Shown: positions 27,176-37,459 of the stretch, piece by piece
Numbering within the stretch: the first letter of the stretch is position 1
Layout of the letters: each line of letters begins with the position of its first letter
Position numbers and translations under genes: made by a program
Assembly: GCA_900315505.1 (NCBI GenBank)
Contig: OMZG01000006.1
Span: forward strand, 1-64,000
Length of the DNA stretch: 64,000 nucleotides
From: an uncultured Lachnospiraceae bacterium
GTDB taxonomy: Bacteria; Bacillota; Clostridia; Lachnospirales; Lachnospiraceae
Direction: 5' to 3'
Notes under the pieces: generated by a model
Told to the model about the DNA's origin: nothing
The model's input: the letters and a program-made list of their open reading frames with translations, nothing else
The model's database searches: none

Positions 27176-30121
27176 ATGGAAAAAATACCAGAACAATACG
27201 AACTCATCTTACAGCAGGAATTAACTGATATTCATTCTAAGGGATGGCTTCTGCGTCATAAGAAGAGCGGTGCCTGGATCACACTGATAGAGAATGATGA
27301 TGTGAATAAGGTCTTCTACATAGGATTCCGCACGACACCTGACAATTCAAAGGGAACCCCGCATATCATCGAGCATACAGTGCTCTGTGGATCAGATAAG
27401 TATCCGGTAAAGGACCCTTTTGTCGAGCTCGTCAAAGGTTCGATGAATACTTTTCTCAATGCGATGACCTATCCTGACAAGACGGTATATCCGGTCGCCT
27501 CGACGAATGACAAGGACTTCGACAATCTGATCGATGTTTATATGGATGCGGTTTTTCATCCGAACATATACAAGCATGAGGAGATATTCCGTCAGGAGGG
27601 CTGGCACTATGAGATGGAGGACAAGGATTCTCCGCTCACGATCAATGGTGTCGTGTACAATGAGATGAAGGGAGCTTTTTCCTCGCCGGACGATGTGCTT
27701 GAGAGGGAGATCACGCACTCACTCTATCCTGATACTACCTACGGCGTGGAGAGCGGCGGAGATCCGAAGGATATCCCGACGCTCACCTATGAGGAGTACA
27801 AGGCCTTCCATCAGAGATATTATCATCCATCGAATTCATACATCTACATCTATGGCGACTGTGACATGGCACAGAAGCTTGATTACCTCGACCGGGAGTA
27901 TCTGTCACACTATGATGCGATAGACCCGAAGACTGAGATAAAGCAGCAGGCTCCTTTTGATAAGCAGCATGAGGAGTCAATTGCTTATCCTGTATCAGCT
28001 GACGAGAGCGAAGATGGCAAGACATATCTGTCTCTCAATTACGTGATCGGTGATGCACTTGATACCAAGCTCGTTGCAGCCTTTGATATCCTTGACTATG
28101 CTCTTCTTGAAGCACCGGGTGCGCCACTCAGACAGGCAATACTTGATGCAGGCATCGGAACTGATGTGTATGGCGGGATGCAGACCATACAGCAGCCATA
28201 TTTTTCTATAACGGTAAAGGGCAGCGACCTGTCGAAGAAGGAGCAGTTTAAGGAATTAGTAGAAAAAACTCTTGCTGATCTGGCGAAAAATGGTCTCGAC
28301 CACAGGTCGCTTCTCGCAGGTATCAATTCAGATGAGTTCAAGTATCGTGAGGCTGACTTCGGCGGTTATCCGAAGGGGCTCATCTGGGGACTTGGCATCC
28401 TTGATTCATGGCTCTATGATCACAGGGCAGCCTTCCAGAGGCTCAGTGTCCTTCCGATATATGCAGAGCTGAAGCAGGATATTGACAGCAATTATTTCGA
28501 AGATCTGATACAGAAGTATCTGCTTGGCAATCCGCACAGTTCGCTGGTGGAGTGCTATCCAAAGGCAGGACTGCAGAAGGAAGAGGACGAAGCATTCAGG
28601 AAGCAGATGGCTGAGAAAAAGGCTTCGCTTTCCGACGAAGAGATTGAAAAAATAGTTGCAGACACCAGGCATCTGAAGGAGTATCAGGGAACACCGTCTT
28701 CACAGGAAGATCTGGCAAAGATACCGGTACTTTCACGTGATGATCTCGAGAAAAAGGCAAGACCGCATAACAAGAAGATATATATCCGTGAGGGCGTTCC
28801 GGTTATCTTCACCGATGTTGAGACGAACGGAATAGATTACCTGAACATCCTCTTTGACATTGGAAATATAGGACTTGACGATGCCCCTGCATTCGCATTC
28901 GGGATGAGGCTTCTCGGACTTCTGGATACAGAGAAGTACAGTTATAAGGATTTCGCGACAGAGGTGAATCTCCATCTTGGTTCCCTGTCAGCTGATGTAC
29001 GGGCAGCAGGCATTGGAAATGGTGATATAGAGCCGCTTCCTGGCAGCAAGACAGAAGGGTATCGGTTCTTTGCAGATATCAAGACGAAGTTCGTCTATGA
29101 AGAGGCTGACTCAGCAATGGAGCTTCTGTACCAGATGCTGTTTAAGACTGATTTCTCTGATAAGAAAAGGATCCGTGAAGTCCTCATGGAAGAGAAAAAT
29201 AGTATCGAGACTCACTTCCTGACAGCAGGCCATTCGGCAGCTGCTATGCGTGGACTGTCTCATTTAAAGAAAACCGCGGCTCTTTCCGATGCAGTCGGCG
29301 GAGTCAGGTACTTAAGATTCATTCAGGATTTTGCAGAGCATTTTGATGAAAAGATAGACGGATTCGTATCGAAGTTCAGAGAGGAATTAAAGACTGCTCT
29401 GTCACTTAATACGATGATCGTAAGCACGACCGGCCGTGACAATGTAATGGATATCATAGATCAGTATCAGGAGAAGGCAAAGGAAGTCCTTAATCCTGTA
29501 AATGATCTGCCGGGAGCAGAGATTGATCTTGATACAGATATGAAGAATGAAGGCTTCAAGTCTGCATCCAAGGTGAACTTTGTAAGTACAGTCGGCAATT
29601 TCAGGGACAAGGGATTCGAGTACAATGGAGCCCTGCAGATCCTGAAAGTGGCATTGAGCTATGACTATCTCTGGATCAATATCCGTGTCAAAGGAGGAGC
29701 CTATGGCTGCATGGCCAATTTCGCCAGAAGCGGCAATACAACACTCATGACATATCGTGATCCGCATCTTAAGGAGTCACGTGACATCCTTCTCGCAACA
29801 CCTGACTATATCAGGAATTTCGATGTGTCAGACCGTGACATGACAAAGTATGTGATCGGAGCCATCAGCAATATTGATACACCGCTTACACCGTCTATGG
29901 AAGGCCAGAGAGCACTCTCAGCCGTGATCGGTGGAATATCAGATGAGGCAGTCCAGAAGACCCGTGACCAGGTCCTCTCGGCTACACAGCAGGATATCAG
30001 GAATCTGGCAGATACAGTCGAGGCAGCACTGAAGGATTCGGTGCTTACAGTAGTCGGATCTGAAGATGCCATAGCTGAAAACGAAGAACTCTTTGATAGA
30101 ACTGAAAACCTTTTTGAATAA
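27176..30121 (+). CDS. M16-family zinc metallopeptidase (PreP/pitrilysin-like)
   Basis: Inverted zinc motif HIIEHTVLCGS (HxxEH). 981 aa. Confidence 0.85.
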   Translation: MEKIPEQYELILQQELTDIHSKGWLLRHKKSGAWITLIENDDVNKVFYIGFRTTPDNSKGTPHIIEHTVLCGSDKYPVKDPFVELVKGSMNTFLNAMTYPDKTVYPVASTNDKDFDNLIDVYMDAVFHPNIYKHEEIFRQEGWHYEMEDKDSPLTINGVVYNEMKGAFSSPDDVLEREITHSLYPDTTYGVESGGDPKDIPTLTYEEYKAFHQRYYHPSNSYIYIYGDCDMAQKLDYLDREYLSHYDAIDPKTEIKQQAPFDKQHEESIAYPVSADESEDGKTYLSLNYVIGDALDTKLVAAFDILDYALLEAPGAPLRQAILDAGIGTDVYGGMQTIQQPYFSITVKGSDLSKKEQFKELVEKTLADLAKNGLDHRSLLAGINSDEFKYREADFGGYPKGLIWGLGILDSWLYDHRAAFQRLSVLPIYAELKQDIDSNYFEDLIQKYLLGNPHSSLVECYPKAGLQKEEDEAFRKQMAEKKASLSDEEIEKIVADTRHLKEYQGTPSSQEDLAKIPVLSRDDLEKKARPHNKKIYIREGVPVIFTDVETNGIDYLNILFDIGNIGLDDAPAFAFGMRLLGLLDTEKYSYKDFATEVNLHLGSLSADVRAAGIGNGDIEPLPGSKTEGYRFFADIKTKFVYEEADSAMELLYQMLFKTDFSDKKRIREVLMEEKNSIETHFLTAGHSAAAMRGLSHLKKTAALSDAVGGVRYLRFIQDFAEHFDEKIDGFVSKFREELKTALSLNTMIVSTTGRDNVMDIIDQYQEKAKEVLNPVNDLPGAEIDLDTDMKNEGFKSASKVNFVSTVGNFRDKGFEYNGALQILKVALSYDYLWINIRVKGGAYGCMANFARSGNTTLMTYRDPHLKESRDILLATPDYIRNFDVSDRDMTKYVIGAISNIDTPLTPSMEGQRALSAVIGGISDEAVQKTRDQVLSATQQDIRNLADTVEAALKDSVLTVVGSEDAIAENEELFDRTENLFE

Positions 30122-30136
30122 AGTACTAAGAGGGAA

Positions 30137-30267
30137 GAGTGGCACATGAGTTGTGAGAGACCTTTCGAAACGCCGGCGCTTGGCGGCTGTTTTTCAAGCC
30201 GCCTATGCGTCCGTTGCGTTGAGAACAGAGCGAGAGCGTGTCTCGAGCAACTGCATGTGCCACTCTG
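30137..30267. repeat. Long inverted-repeat element, copy B
   Basis: GAGTGGCACATGAGTTG...CAACTGCATGTGCCACTC encloses an inner hairpin GGCGGCTGTTTTTCAAGCCGCC. Confidence 0.4.
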
Positions 30268-30283
30268 ACCGTCAAAGGATATT

Positions 30284-31180
30284 ATGAGAAGTGGATTTGT
30301 AACATTAATTGGTCGTCCTAATGTCGGCAAGTCAACGCTCATGAACCGCATCATCGGTCAGAAGATCGCGATCACGAGCAACAAGCCGCAGACGACGAGA
30401 AACAGAATAGAAACCGTATTCACGGATGACAGGGGACAGATCGTCTTCCTTGATACGCCGGGCATTCACAAGGCAAAGAACAAGCTTGGCGAGTATATGC
30501 AGAAGGTGACGGCTGCTGCCATGAAAGGTGTTGACCTGATCCTCTGGCTTATAGAGCCTGACGAATTCGTTGGCGGCGGAGACGAGTACATCGCAGAACG
30601 TCTCAAGGGCAATAAGACGCCTGTCATTCTCGTGATCAATAAGATAGATACCATACCGCATGAGAATATTCTGATGACTATTGATGCATATAAGGATCTT
30701 CTTGATTTCAGGGAGATCATCCCGGTATCGGCTCTTCGGAAAAAAGGAATCGATGACCTCGTGCAGACAATATTCAACTATCTGCCTGAGGGACCATATT
30801 TCTTCGATCCTGACACTATCACCGATCAGCCTGAGAAGGCAATAGTTGCGGAGATGGTCCGTGAGAAGGCCCTGCAGGCCTTATCTGATGAGGTGCCGCA
30901 TGGAATCGCTGTGATGGTTGAGTCTATGAAGGACAGGCCTGACAGGCATATCTGTGACATAGATGCGACGATCATCTGTGAGAAGGATTCGCACAAGGGA
31001 ATCATCATAGGAAAGCATGGCTCGATGCTCAAAAAGATCGGAACCAACGCCCGATATGAGATCGAGCGTCTGCTCGGATGCAAGGTGAATCTGAAGCTCT
31101 TTGTCAAGGTAAAAGAAAACTGGCGTGACAGTGAAGTACTTCTTGCCAACTACGGTTTCAAGAAAGAAGACGAGGAATAA
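30284..31180 (+). CDS. era: GTPase Era
   Basis: G1 motif GRPNVGKST, DTPG, NKID and a C-terminal KH domain. Confidence 0.95.
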   Translation: MRSGFVTLIGRPNVGKSTLMNRIIGQKIAITSNKPQTTRNRIETVFTDDRGQIVFLDTPGIHKAKNKLGEYMQKVTAAAMKGVDLILWLIEPDEFVGGGDEYIAERLKGNKTPVILVINKIDTIPHENILMTIDAYKDLLDFREIIPVSALRKKGIDDLVQTIFNYLPEGPYFFDPDTITDQPEKAIVAEMVREKALQALSDEVPHGIAVMVESMKDRPDRHICDIDATIICEKDSHKGIIIGKHGSMLKKIGTNARYEIERLLGCKVNLKLFVKVKENWRDSEVLLANYGFKKEDEE

Positions 31181-31183
31181 AGA

Positions 31184-31939
31184 GTGCCTGACGACAGTCA
31201 TTTCATCAAAGCAAACGGCTTCGTCATTTCATCGATGCCCATAGGCGAGACTGACAGGCGTATCGAAATCCTCACAAAAGAGCTCGGAAAAACATCTGCC
31301 TTCGTCCGTGGCGGTGCGAAGCCGAAGAGTCCGCTGCTTGCGGCGACGAATCCTTTTTTCTTCGGAGAATTCGAATTTTATGCCGGAACGAACAGCTACA
31401 CTCTGCGAAGCGCCAGGCAGAAGGCGAGATTCGATGAGATCCTGTCGGATCTCGATGATACCTACATGGGTACATATTTTCTTGAGATCGCACAGTTTTT
31501 TGGAAAAGAAGGAATCGATGAGAGTGAGAGACTGAACCTGCTGTACGCGGCACTGAAGGCACTGATCAGGCATGAACCGAAGCGGGAAATGGTTCGCATC
31601 GTGTACGAGCTTCGCACCATGATGGTCAATGGTGTTTACACTGACTCGTTCAGCTGTCATCACTGCGGTAAGCATCTCGATGTGAATGAGGTGAACTATT
31701 TCAGCGTGGGCGACTGCTTTTTCTATGACAGTGACTGCCGTTCGCAGATCAGAGGCACAGCGATGGAACTCACACCAACGGTGCTATATACGCTGCAGCT
31801 TATTTTTTCCCTGCCTATGGCGAGGATTTTTTCCTTCGAGGTAAAAGGACAGGTGCTTGCAGATCTCAAATATATAGCGAAAAGAATGAGAGCCGTATTT
31901 TTCGGGCATACCTTTCATTCTGAGAGGTTTCTGGACTGA
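31184..31939 (+). CDS. recO: DNA repair protein RecO
   Basis: Immediately downstream of era. N-terminal OB-fold-like region and a C-terminal Cys cluster (CHHCG...CF). The start codon may be GTG. Confidence 0.8.
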   Translation: MPDDSHFIKANGFVISSMPIGETDRRIEILTKELGKTSAFVRGGAKPKSPLLAATNPFFFGEFEFYAGTNSYTLRSARQKARFDEILSDLDDTYMGTYFLEIAQFFGKEGIDESERLNLLYAALKALIRHEPKREMVRIVYELRTMMVNGVYTDSFSCHHCGKHLDVNEVNYFSVGDCFFYDSDCRSQIRGTAMELTPTVLYTLQLIFSLPMARIFSFEVKGQVLADLKYIAKRMRAVFFGHTFHSERFLD

Positions 31940-31959
31940 GATGTCAGAATATTCCAAAA

Positions 31960-31992
31960 GATGAAAAAGGGACCTGTCCCCTTTTTCACCTT
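31960..31992. terminator. Palindromic terminator module, copy 3
   Basis: GATGAAAAAGGGACC-TGTCCCCTTTTTCACC. Confidence 0.55.
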
Positions 31993-32027
31993 GAAAAAAA
32001 TGGCAAACGGCGTATAATAAAAAGGCT

Positions 32028-32687
32028 ATGGATAGACACTATACGGAAGAAGAATTAAGACTCAGAAGACTGAAGCGACGTCGGGAGAAGCTGCGAAAGC
32101 AGAGAAGGAACAGGAAGCTTCTGCTGATCCTGCTGGCCGCCATAGTGGTGGTGATCATTTTCTTTATAGCATATCTGCGGGGCGCGTTCGAGACGAGAGC
32201 GAGCGAGAATATGCTCACAGTAGAAAAGAATGGGACCATCATCTATGAAGAGGTCCAGCCGTCGACCGACAATGCAAAGGAGATAAAGGAATTCGCCCAG
32301 AAGCAGATTGAGGCATACAATCAGAAGGAAGGCTCAGAGGACGTGAAGCTCGACCGCTTCTCGACCGATGATGACCATATCTATCTGCGTGCCTCCTACA
32401 AGGATGCAGCGACCTACACCGACTTCACAGGGTACGAACTCTACGTCGGAACAGTGGCAGGCGCAAAAAAGGCAGGATACGATACTTCAGATATAGCCGT
32501 AACTAAGGTGACAAAGTCATCACCGAAAAAGATACTTGTGATAAAGGAATATACAGCAGTGAATGTACCGGGAACAATAACAGGTTATTCGGGAAGTGGC
32601 ATTTCTATAACGGCTCCGGGCACGGCGGAGATAAAAAAGCCGTCAACCGATGCGCCGGCTTCATTAGTATATTTGTTATATCGTTAA
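32028..32687 (+). CDS. Hypothetical membrane-anchored protein
   Basis: Arg/Lys-rich N-terminus followed by one TM segment. No recognizable domain. Confidence 0.45.
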   Translation: MDRHYTEEELRLRRLKRRREKLRKQRRNRKLLLILLAAIVVVIIFFIAYLRGAFETRASENMLTVEKNGTIIYEEVQPSTDNAKEIKEFAQKQIEAYNQKEGSEDVKLDRFSTDDDHIYLRASYKDAATYTDFTGYELYVGTVAGAKKAGYDTSDIAVTKVTKSSPKKILVIKEYTAVNVPGTITGYSGSGISITAPGTAEIKKPSTDAPASLVYLLYR

Positions 32688-32723
32688 AGTATAGATTAAA
32701 GAATCAGAGAGGAATTTTTTATC

Positions 32724-34121
32724 ATGGAAAAAAGTCTTGACACAATCGTCCAGCTTGCAAAGAACCGCGGATTCGTATATCCGGGCTCAGAGATCTACGG
32801 AGGCCTTGCAAATACCTGGGATTACGGTAATCTCGGTGTAGAGCTGAAGAACAATGTAAAGAAGGCCTGGTGGCAGAAGTTCGTTCAGGAGAGCCCGTAC
32901 AATGTAGGTGTTGACTGCGCTATCCTCATGAATCCACAGACCTGGGTAGCATCAGGACATCTCGGTGGCTTCTCAGATCCTCTGATGGACTGTAAAGAGT
33001 GCCACGAGAGATTCAGAGCAGACAAGCTGATCGAAGATTTTGCTCAGGAGAACGGCATAGAGCTCGAGAGCTCTGTAGACGGCTGGACAAATGAGCAGAT
33101 GGAGAACTGGATCGAAGAGCACAATGTACCATGCCCATCATGCGGCAAGCACAATTTCACACCGATCAGACAGTTCAACCTGATGTTCAAGACCTTCCAG
33201 GGAGTCACAGAGGATGCAAAGAATACTGTATATCTGCGTCCTGAGACAGCCCAGGGTATATTTGTCAATTTCAAAAATGTAGCCCGTACTTCAAGAAAGA
33301 AGATTCCGTTCGGAATAGGTCAGATCGGTAAGTCATTCAGAAACGAGATCACACCTGGTAACTTCACCTTCCGTACAAGAGAGTTCGAGCAGATGGAGCT
33401 TGAGTTCTTCTGTGAGCCGGGAACAGACCTTGAGTGGTTCCATTACTGGAGAAAGTTCTGCCATGACTGGCTTCTTTCTCTCGGGATACAGGATTCGCAC
33501 TTACGTCTCAGAGACCATGATCCTGCAGAGCTTGCATTCTATTCAAAGGGTACAACCGATATCGAGTACACCTTCCCGTTTGGCTGGGGTGAGCTCTGGG
33601 GAATCGCAGATCGTACAGACTATGACCTTGGCCGTCATCAGGAAGTATCAGGACAGGATCTCACATATTTCGACGATGCAAAGAACGAAAAGTATCTGCC
33701 ATATGTCATCGAGCCATCACTCGGTGCAGACCGTGTGGTACTTGCATTCCTCTGCGAGGCATATGATGAGGAAAATATCGGAACTGAGGAGAAGCCTGAC
33801 ATGCGTACAGTGCTTCATTTCCATCCGGCACTTGCACCAGTAAAGGTCGGTGTTCTTCCACTTTCCAAGAAGCTGGCTGAACCGACACAGAAGCTCTGGG
33901 CACAGCTGTCAAAGAAGTACAACTGCGAGTATGATGACAGAGGAAATATCGGAAAGAGATACCGCCGTCAGGACGAGATCGGAACTCCATACTGCGTGAC
34001 CTACGATTTCGATTCAGAGGAGGATCACAAGGTGACAGTCCGTGACCGTGATACTATGGAGCAGGAGCGAATCGCCATCGACGAGCTGGATGCGTATTTT
34101 GAGGATAAGTTCACTTTCTAA
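32724..34121 (+). CDS. glyQS: Glycine--tRNA ligase (alpha2 homodimeric type)
   Basis: Class II aaRS with the characteristic N-terminus [17 protein letters not shown]. 465 aa. Confidence 0.9.
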   Translation: MEKSLDTIVQLAKNRGFVYPGSEIYGGLANTWDYGNLGVELKNNVKKAWWQKFVQESPYNVGVDCAILMNPQTWVASGHLGGFSDPLMDCKECHERFRADKLIEDFAQENGIELESSVDGWTNEQMENWIEEHNVPCPSCGKHNFTPIRQFNLMFKTFQGVTEDAKNTVYLRPETAQGIFVNFKNVARTSRKKIPFGIGQIGKSFRNEITPGNFTFRTREFEQMELEFFCEPGTDLEWFHYWRKFCHDWLLSLGIQDSHLRLRDHDPAELAFYSKGTTDIEYTFPFGWGELWGIADRTDYDLGRHQEVSGQDLTYFDDAKNEKYLPYVIEPSLGADRVVLAFLCEAYDEENIGTEEKPDMRTVLHFHPALAPVKVGVLPLSKKLAEPTQKLWAQLSKKYNCEYDDRGNIGKRYRRQDEIGTPYCVTYDFDSEEDHKVTVRDRDTMEQERIAIDELDAYFEDKFTF

Positions 34122-34247
34122 GTTTATAATTTAAAGTCAGAAGTTAGAAGTTAGAAGTTTATAGTTAGAAGTTAGAAGTTTATAGTTAGAAGTTTAAAGT
34201 TAAAAGTTATCATACTCATAACTCATAACTCATAACTCATAACTCCC
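34122..34247 (+). repeat. Tandem-repeat strand-asymmetric element
   Basis: (AGAAGTTAGAAGTTTATAGTT)n, then (ATAACTC)4. Confidence 0.45.
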
Positions 34248-34265
34248 GACTTATCAGGAGACAAA

Positions 34266-35294
34266 ATGAGACATAGAGTTGCCGGAATTATTGGAATCAT
34301 AATTACAGCAATATTACTTGTGCTTTATCTGCCGCCGCTCATACTGTACGGAATCCTTGATATAGGAAATATCATAGGACTTGTGGTGGCAGCCCTGGTG
34401 CTGGTTTTCTCAATCCAGCAGTTTATAAAGGCTTCGGCTGGGGCTGCCAAGAGAAGCTATGACCGTTCCCAGGCTGGCGGTACCAGAGGAAAGCTGCATC
34501 ACCAGTTCAATCATGATATGGGCAGGAATACCGTGCTCATCGAACGTGGAGGACTCGGCAAGTTCACGGCTGACAGATCGATAGGGTATGACGGTGACAG
34601 GGAAAGCCATGCAGGCGCGATTATATGGACTATCATATTTGCACTTATCATAGCTTTCTATGCCCAGGGATTTGTGAGGATGTATACAGCACTCACATAC
34701 GAGAACAGCAGGAGCACTCTGAGTGACAGTAGCATTGTTGTTCTGGGATGCGGAGTCAGAGGAGAGAGACCGACAAGGATGCTGCGTGAGCGCATAGAGG
34801 CTGCCAGAGTTGCCCTGATCAGTGACGAGGGTGAAGAAGATGTGGCCGTTGTGACAGGTGGCAGAGGTGCCGGTGAAAACATCACTGAGGCCTATTGCAT
34901 GCAGCAGTACCTGACACAACAGGATAAGGCGAATGAGGACAGTGCATACTTCAGAGCGGCCTGTGAGATTCACGGAGTCGACTATGATAAGGTTCTTTCG
35001 GAGAATAGTGGGAATGTCCCGGTGATCGATGAGAGCAGGATTCTGATGGAGGCTGAGGCCACAAATACAGAAGAGAATATTGTGAATTCAATGCAGACTT
35101 TATCGGAGCATGGATACGATTCTACAAGCCTTGTGATCGTGACTCAGAGATACCATATTTATCGTGCTGATAGGATAGCAGAACAGAATGGTGCAGAAGC
35201 AACCGGCTATACCGCACCGATCGACTGGTGGAATGAGGCAACCTATGCCACGAGAGAATGTGCATCACTCCTGTATCATGCGATAGCAGGCTGA
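34266..35294 (+). CDS. DUF218/YdcF-SanA-like membrane protein
   Basis: N-terminal TM region. VVLGCGVRGERPTRMLRERIEAA matches the DUF218 core. Confidence 0.6.
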   Translation: MRHRVAGIIGIIITAILLVLYLPPLILYGILDIGNIIGLVVAALVLVFSIQQFIKASAGAAKRSYDRSQAGGTRGKLHHQFNHDMGRNTVLIERGGLGKFTADRSIGYDGDRESHAGAIIWTIIFALIIAFYAQGFVRMYTALTYENSRSTLSDSSIVVLGCGVRGERPTRMLRERIEAARVALISDEGEEDVAVVTGGRGAGENITEAYCMQQYLTQQDKANEDSAYFRAACEIHGVDYDKVLSENSGNVPVIDESRILMEAEATNTEENIVNSMQTLSEHGYDSTSLVIVTQRYHIYRADRIAEQNGAEATGYTAPIDWWNEATYATRECASLLYHAIAG

Positions 35295-35427
35295 GATGTG
35301 ATATTTAATAAACTTTTCATACGGTGAACACATTCTTTTCACATTCTCTTGATATACTTATAACTGTCGAAAGGAACAAAGCCTTTCGATGAAAATTGTT
35401 TTCGTTTTTCATACTCCCCCTCTTTTT

Positions 35428-35456
35428 AGGAATCCCCTCGCGGGATTCCTTTTTTT
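35428..35456. terminator. Intrinsic terminator between convergent genes
   Basis: AGGAATCCCCTCGCGGGATTCCT followed by T7. Confidence 0.55.
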
Positions 35457-35514
35457 ACGCGTATTAGTTGATAGTATCCGCGTAGCGTCTGCGAATGCAT
35501 CACGCAGTTACTGA

Positions 35515-36561
35515 TCATTCCTCAGGTAACTCAAATTCATCCGCCTTCTTCTCATACTCTTCTGCGAGATCACGGTACCGGTCGCTCTCCTGCCCGTCAG
35601 TCTGTTCTGAGAGATGTGCATAGGTCATGCCCAGGGCACGGTAGGCGAGGTCAGTACCTGCGTGGATATCAAGTGCGGGCTGCTGCTCAGTGGCATTGTA
35701 GTACCACAGAGAGGCCTCGATGTAGTCACCCGCATCATAGAAATACTGACCCAGCTCGTAGCAGGCCTCAGAGCATGGCTCATCAACAGCCAGAAGCCTT
35801 GACGTGTATTTAAGCATTGCAGGGGCATTGTTTTCCTTTCTTGCATCCAGCGCCAGCACACACAGCAGCTTTACGAGAAGCTTTTCATCGAGGGTTCCGG
35901 TGCTTATCACTTCTTTAAATATATCAGCGCCCCGTCTCAGCTCGTCCTCAGAAGCATTTCTATACAGCTCTCTTGCATACATGGAATACAGATTCGTCGA
36001 TAGTACTCCGTTCTCATGATATGCTTTTTCAAAAATAGCAAAGTCCCTTGAGGTATGAGGCTTCTCGGGGTCGTGAGTGATCACGATATCAGAATCGAAG
36101 ACGAGCGGCTCAGTGGATACAGTCTCATGCACCGGATCTACCCATCTGAAGGTGCGCAGTCTCTTGTACAGCTTCGGACGCAGCTCTGATTTCGCATTCA
36201 GCACGCTCGATATTCTGGGCTCATAATAGTGCATCTGTACGATCTCTATAGCCGGATCGAGCACGGACAGCAGATTCCTGAAGGCCGTCTGATTCTGCTC
36301 GTCGATATATTCGTCCGCATCGGCGGAGTATATGTAGTCGCAGGTGCATTTGCTGAAGGCAAAATTTCTCGCCTTGGAAAAATCATCCACCCATTTGAAA
36401 TCATATACCTTGTCAGTATATCTATGGGCGATTTCCTTCGTGGCATCGGTAGAACCGGTATCAACGATCACAATCTCATCCACGATATCCTTAAGCGAAT
36501 CAAGGCATCTGGCAAGGACATGCTCCTCATTCTTTACTATCATGCATAGTGAAACAGTCAT
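35515..36561 (-). CDS. Family-2 glycosyltransferase with C-terminal TPR-like region
   Basis: N-terminal GT-A signature CMIVKNEE..VIVDTGSTD. The C-terminal half is helical-repeat. Confidence 0.7.
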   Translation of the reverse strand: MTVSLCMIVKNEEHVLARCLDSLKDIVDEIVIVDTGSTDATKEIAHRYTDKVYDFKWVDDFSKARNFAFSKCTCDYIYSADADEYIDEQNQTAFRNLLSVLDPAIEIVQMHYYEPRISSVLNAKSELRPKLYKRLRTFRWVDPVHETVSTEPLVFDSDIVITHDPEKPHTSRDFAIFEKAYHENGVLSTNLYSMYARELYRNASEDELRRGADIFKEVISTGTLDEKLLVKLLCVLALDARKENNAPAMLKYTSRLLAVDEPCSEACYELGQYFYDAGDYIEASLWYYNATEQQPALDIHAGTDLAYRALGMTYAHLSEQTDGQESDRYRDLAEEYEKKADEFELPEE

Positions 36562-36571
36562 TTGAATTACC

Positions 36572-37456
36572 CTATGAGATCACCTTTGACGCAGCAAGGA
36601 CGATAACGAGCGCACCGAGTGCGATACGGTACCAGCCGAATACCTTGAAATCATGCTTCCTGATATAGCTCATGAAGAAGCGGATGACGATCATTGAGAC
36701 CACAAAGGCTACTATGCAGCCGACTGCAAGGTCGGCACTTTCGAGGGCGCTCATATGGACTCCCGCGTGGATGTATTTTGCTACCTTGAGCAGTGATGCG
36801 CCGAGCATCACAGGTACTGCAAGGAAAAATGTGAATTCAGCAGCAGCCTCGCGGCTCGCGCCTACGATCAGAGCGCCGATGATAGTGGCACCGGATCTCG
36901 AGGTTCCTGGGAAAATTGCGGCTATCGTCTGTGCCACACCAATCCACCATACCATCATGAAGCTCATCTCTGCAATGGATGAGGCTTCAGGTGCTTTGTT
37001 CTTCGCTATCGTATTTTCTACAATGATGAAAACTATTCCGACGATGATCAGTGCGAGTGCTACAGGAATTGGGTGATAGAAGAGCCTGTCGATCTCATCA
37101 TCGAAGAGCACTCCGACAACAGCGGCTGGTATGCAGCAGATAATAATCTTGAGCCACATATCTATAGAGCCTTTTTTCCAGGCCGGCACTGACTTCGAAG
37201 CCATGCGTCCGGGAATCTTTTCTTTTTTCAGATACCATGGCCACAGCTGATCCCAGAACGTGATGACGACTGCCATGATCGCTCCGAGCTGTATGACGAC
37301 TTCGAACATGCTGTAGAACTCATCGGAAACCGACAGCTTCAGTGGAGTGCTGTTGAGCAGGATCATGTGTCCTGTGCTTGATATCGGAAGCCATTCGGTG
37401 ATCCCTTCGACGATGCCGAAGAGAGCGGCCTTTAGTATTTCAAGAAATGCCTGCAT
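36572..37456 (-). CDS. uppP: Undecaprenyl-diphosphatase
   Basis: WLPISSTGHMIL and PGTSRSGATI motifs. Confidence 0.9.
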   Translation of the reverse strand: MQAFLEILKAALFGIVEGITEWLPISSTGHMILLNSTPLKLSVSDEFYSMFEVVIQLGAIMAVVITFWDQLWPWYLKKEKIPGRMASKSVPAWKKGSIDMWLKIIICCIPAAVVGVLFDDEIDRLFYHPIPVALALIIVGIVFIIVENTIAKNKAPEASSIAEMSFMMVWWIGVAQTIAAIFPGTSRSGATIIGALIVGASREAAAEFTFFLAVPVMLGASLLKVAKYIHAGVHMSALESADLAVGCIVAFVVSMIVIRFFMSYIRKHDFKVFGWYRIALGALVIVLAASKVIS

Positions 37457-37459
37457 TTA

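Noticed and set aside
29806-30354. 182-aa minus-strand ORF spanning the peptidase-era spacer
   Set aside because: Antisense to the era P-loop region and to the inverted-repeat element. No RBS and no coding signature.
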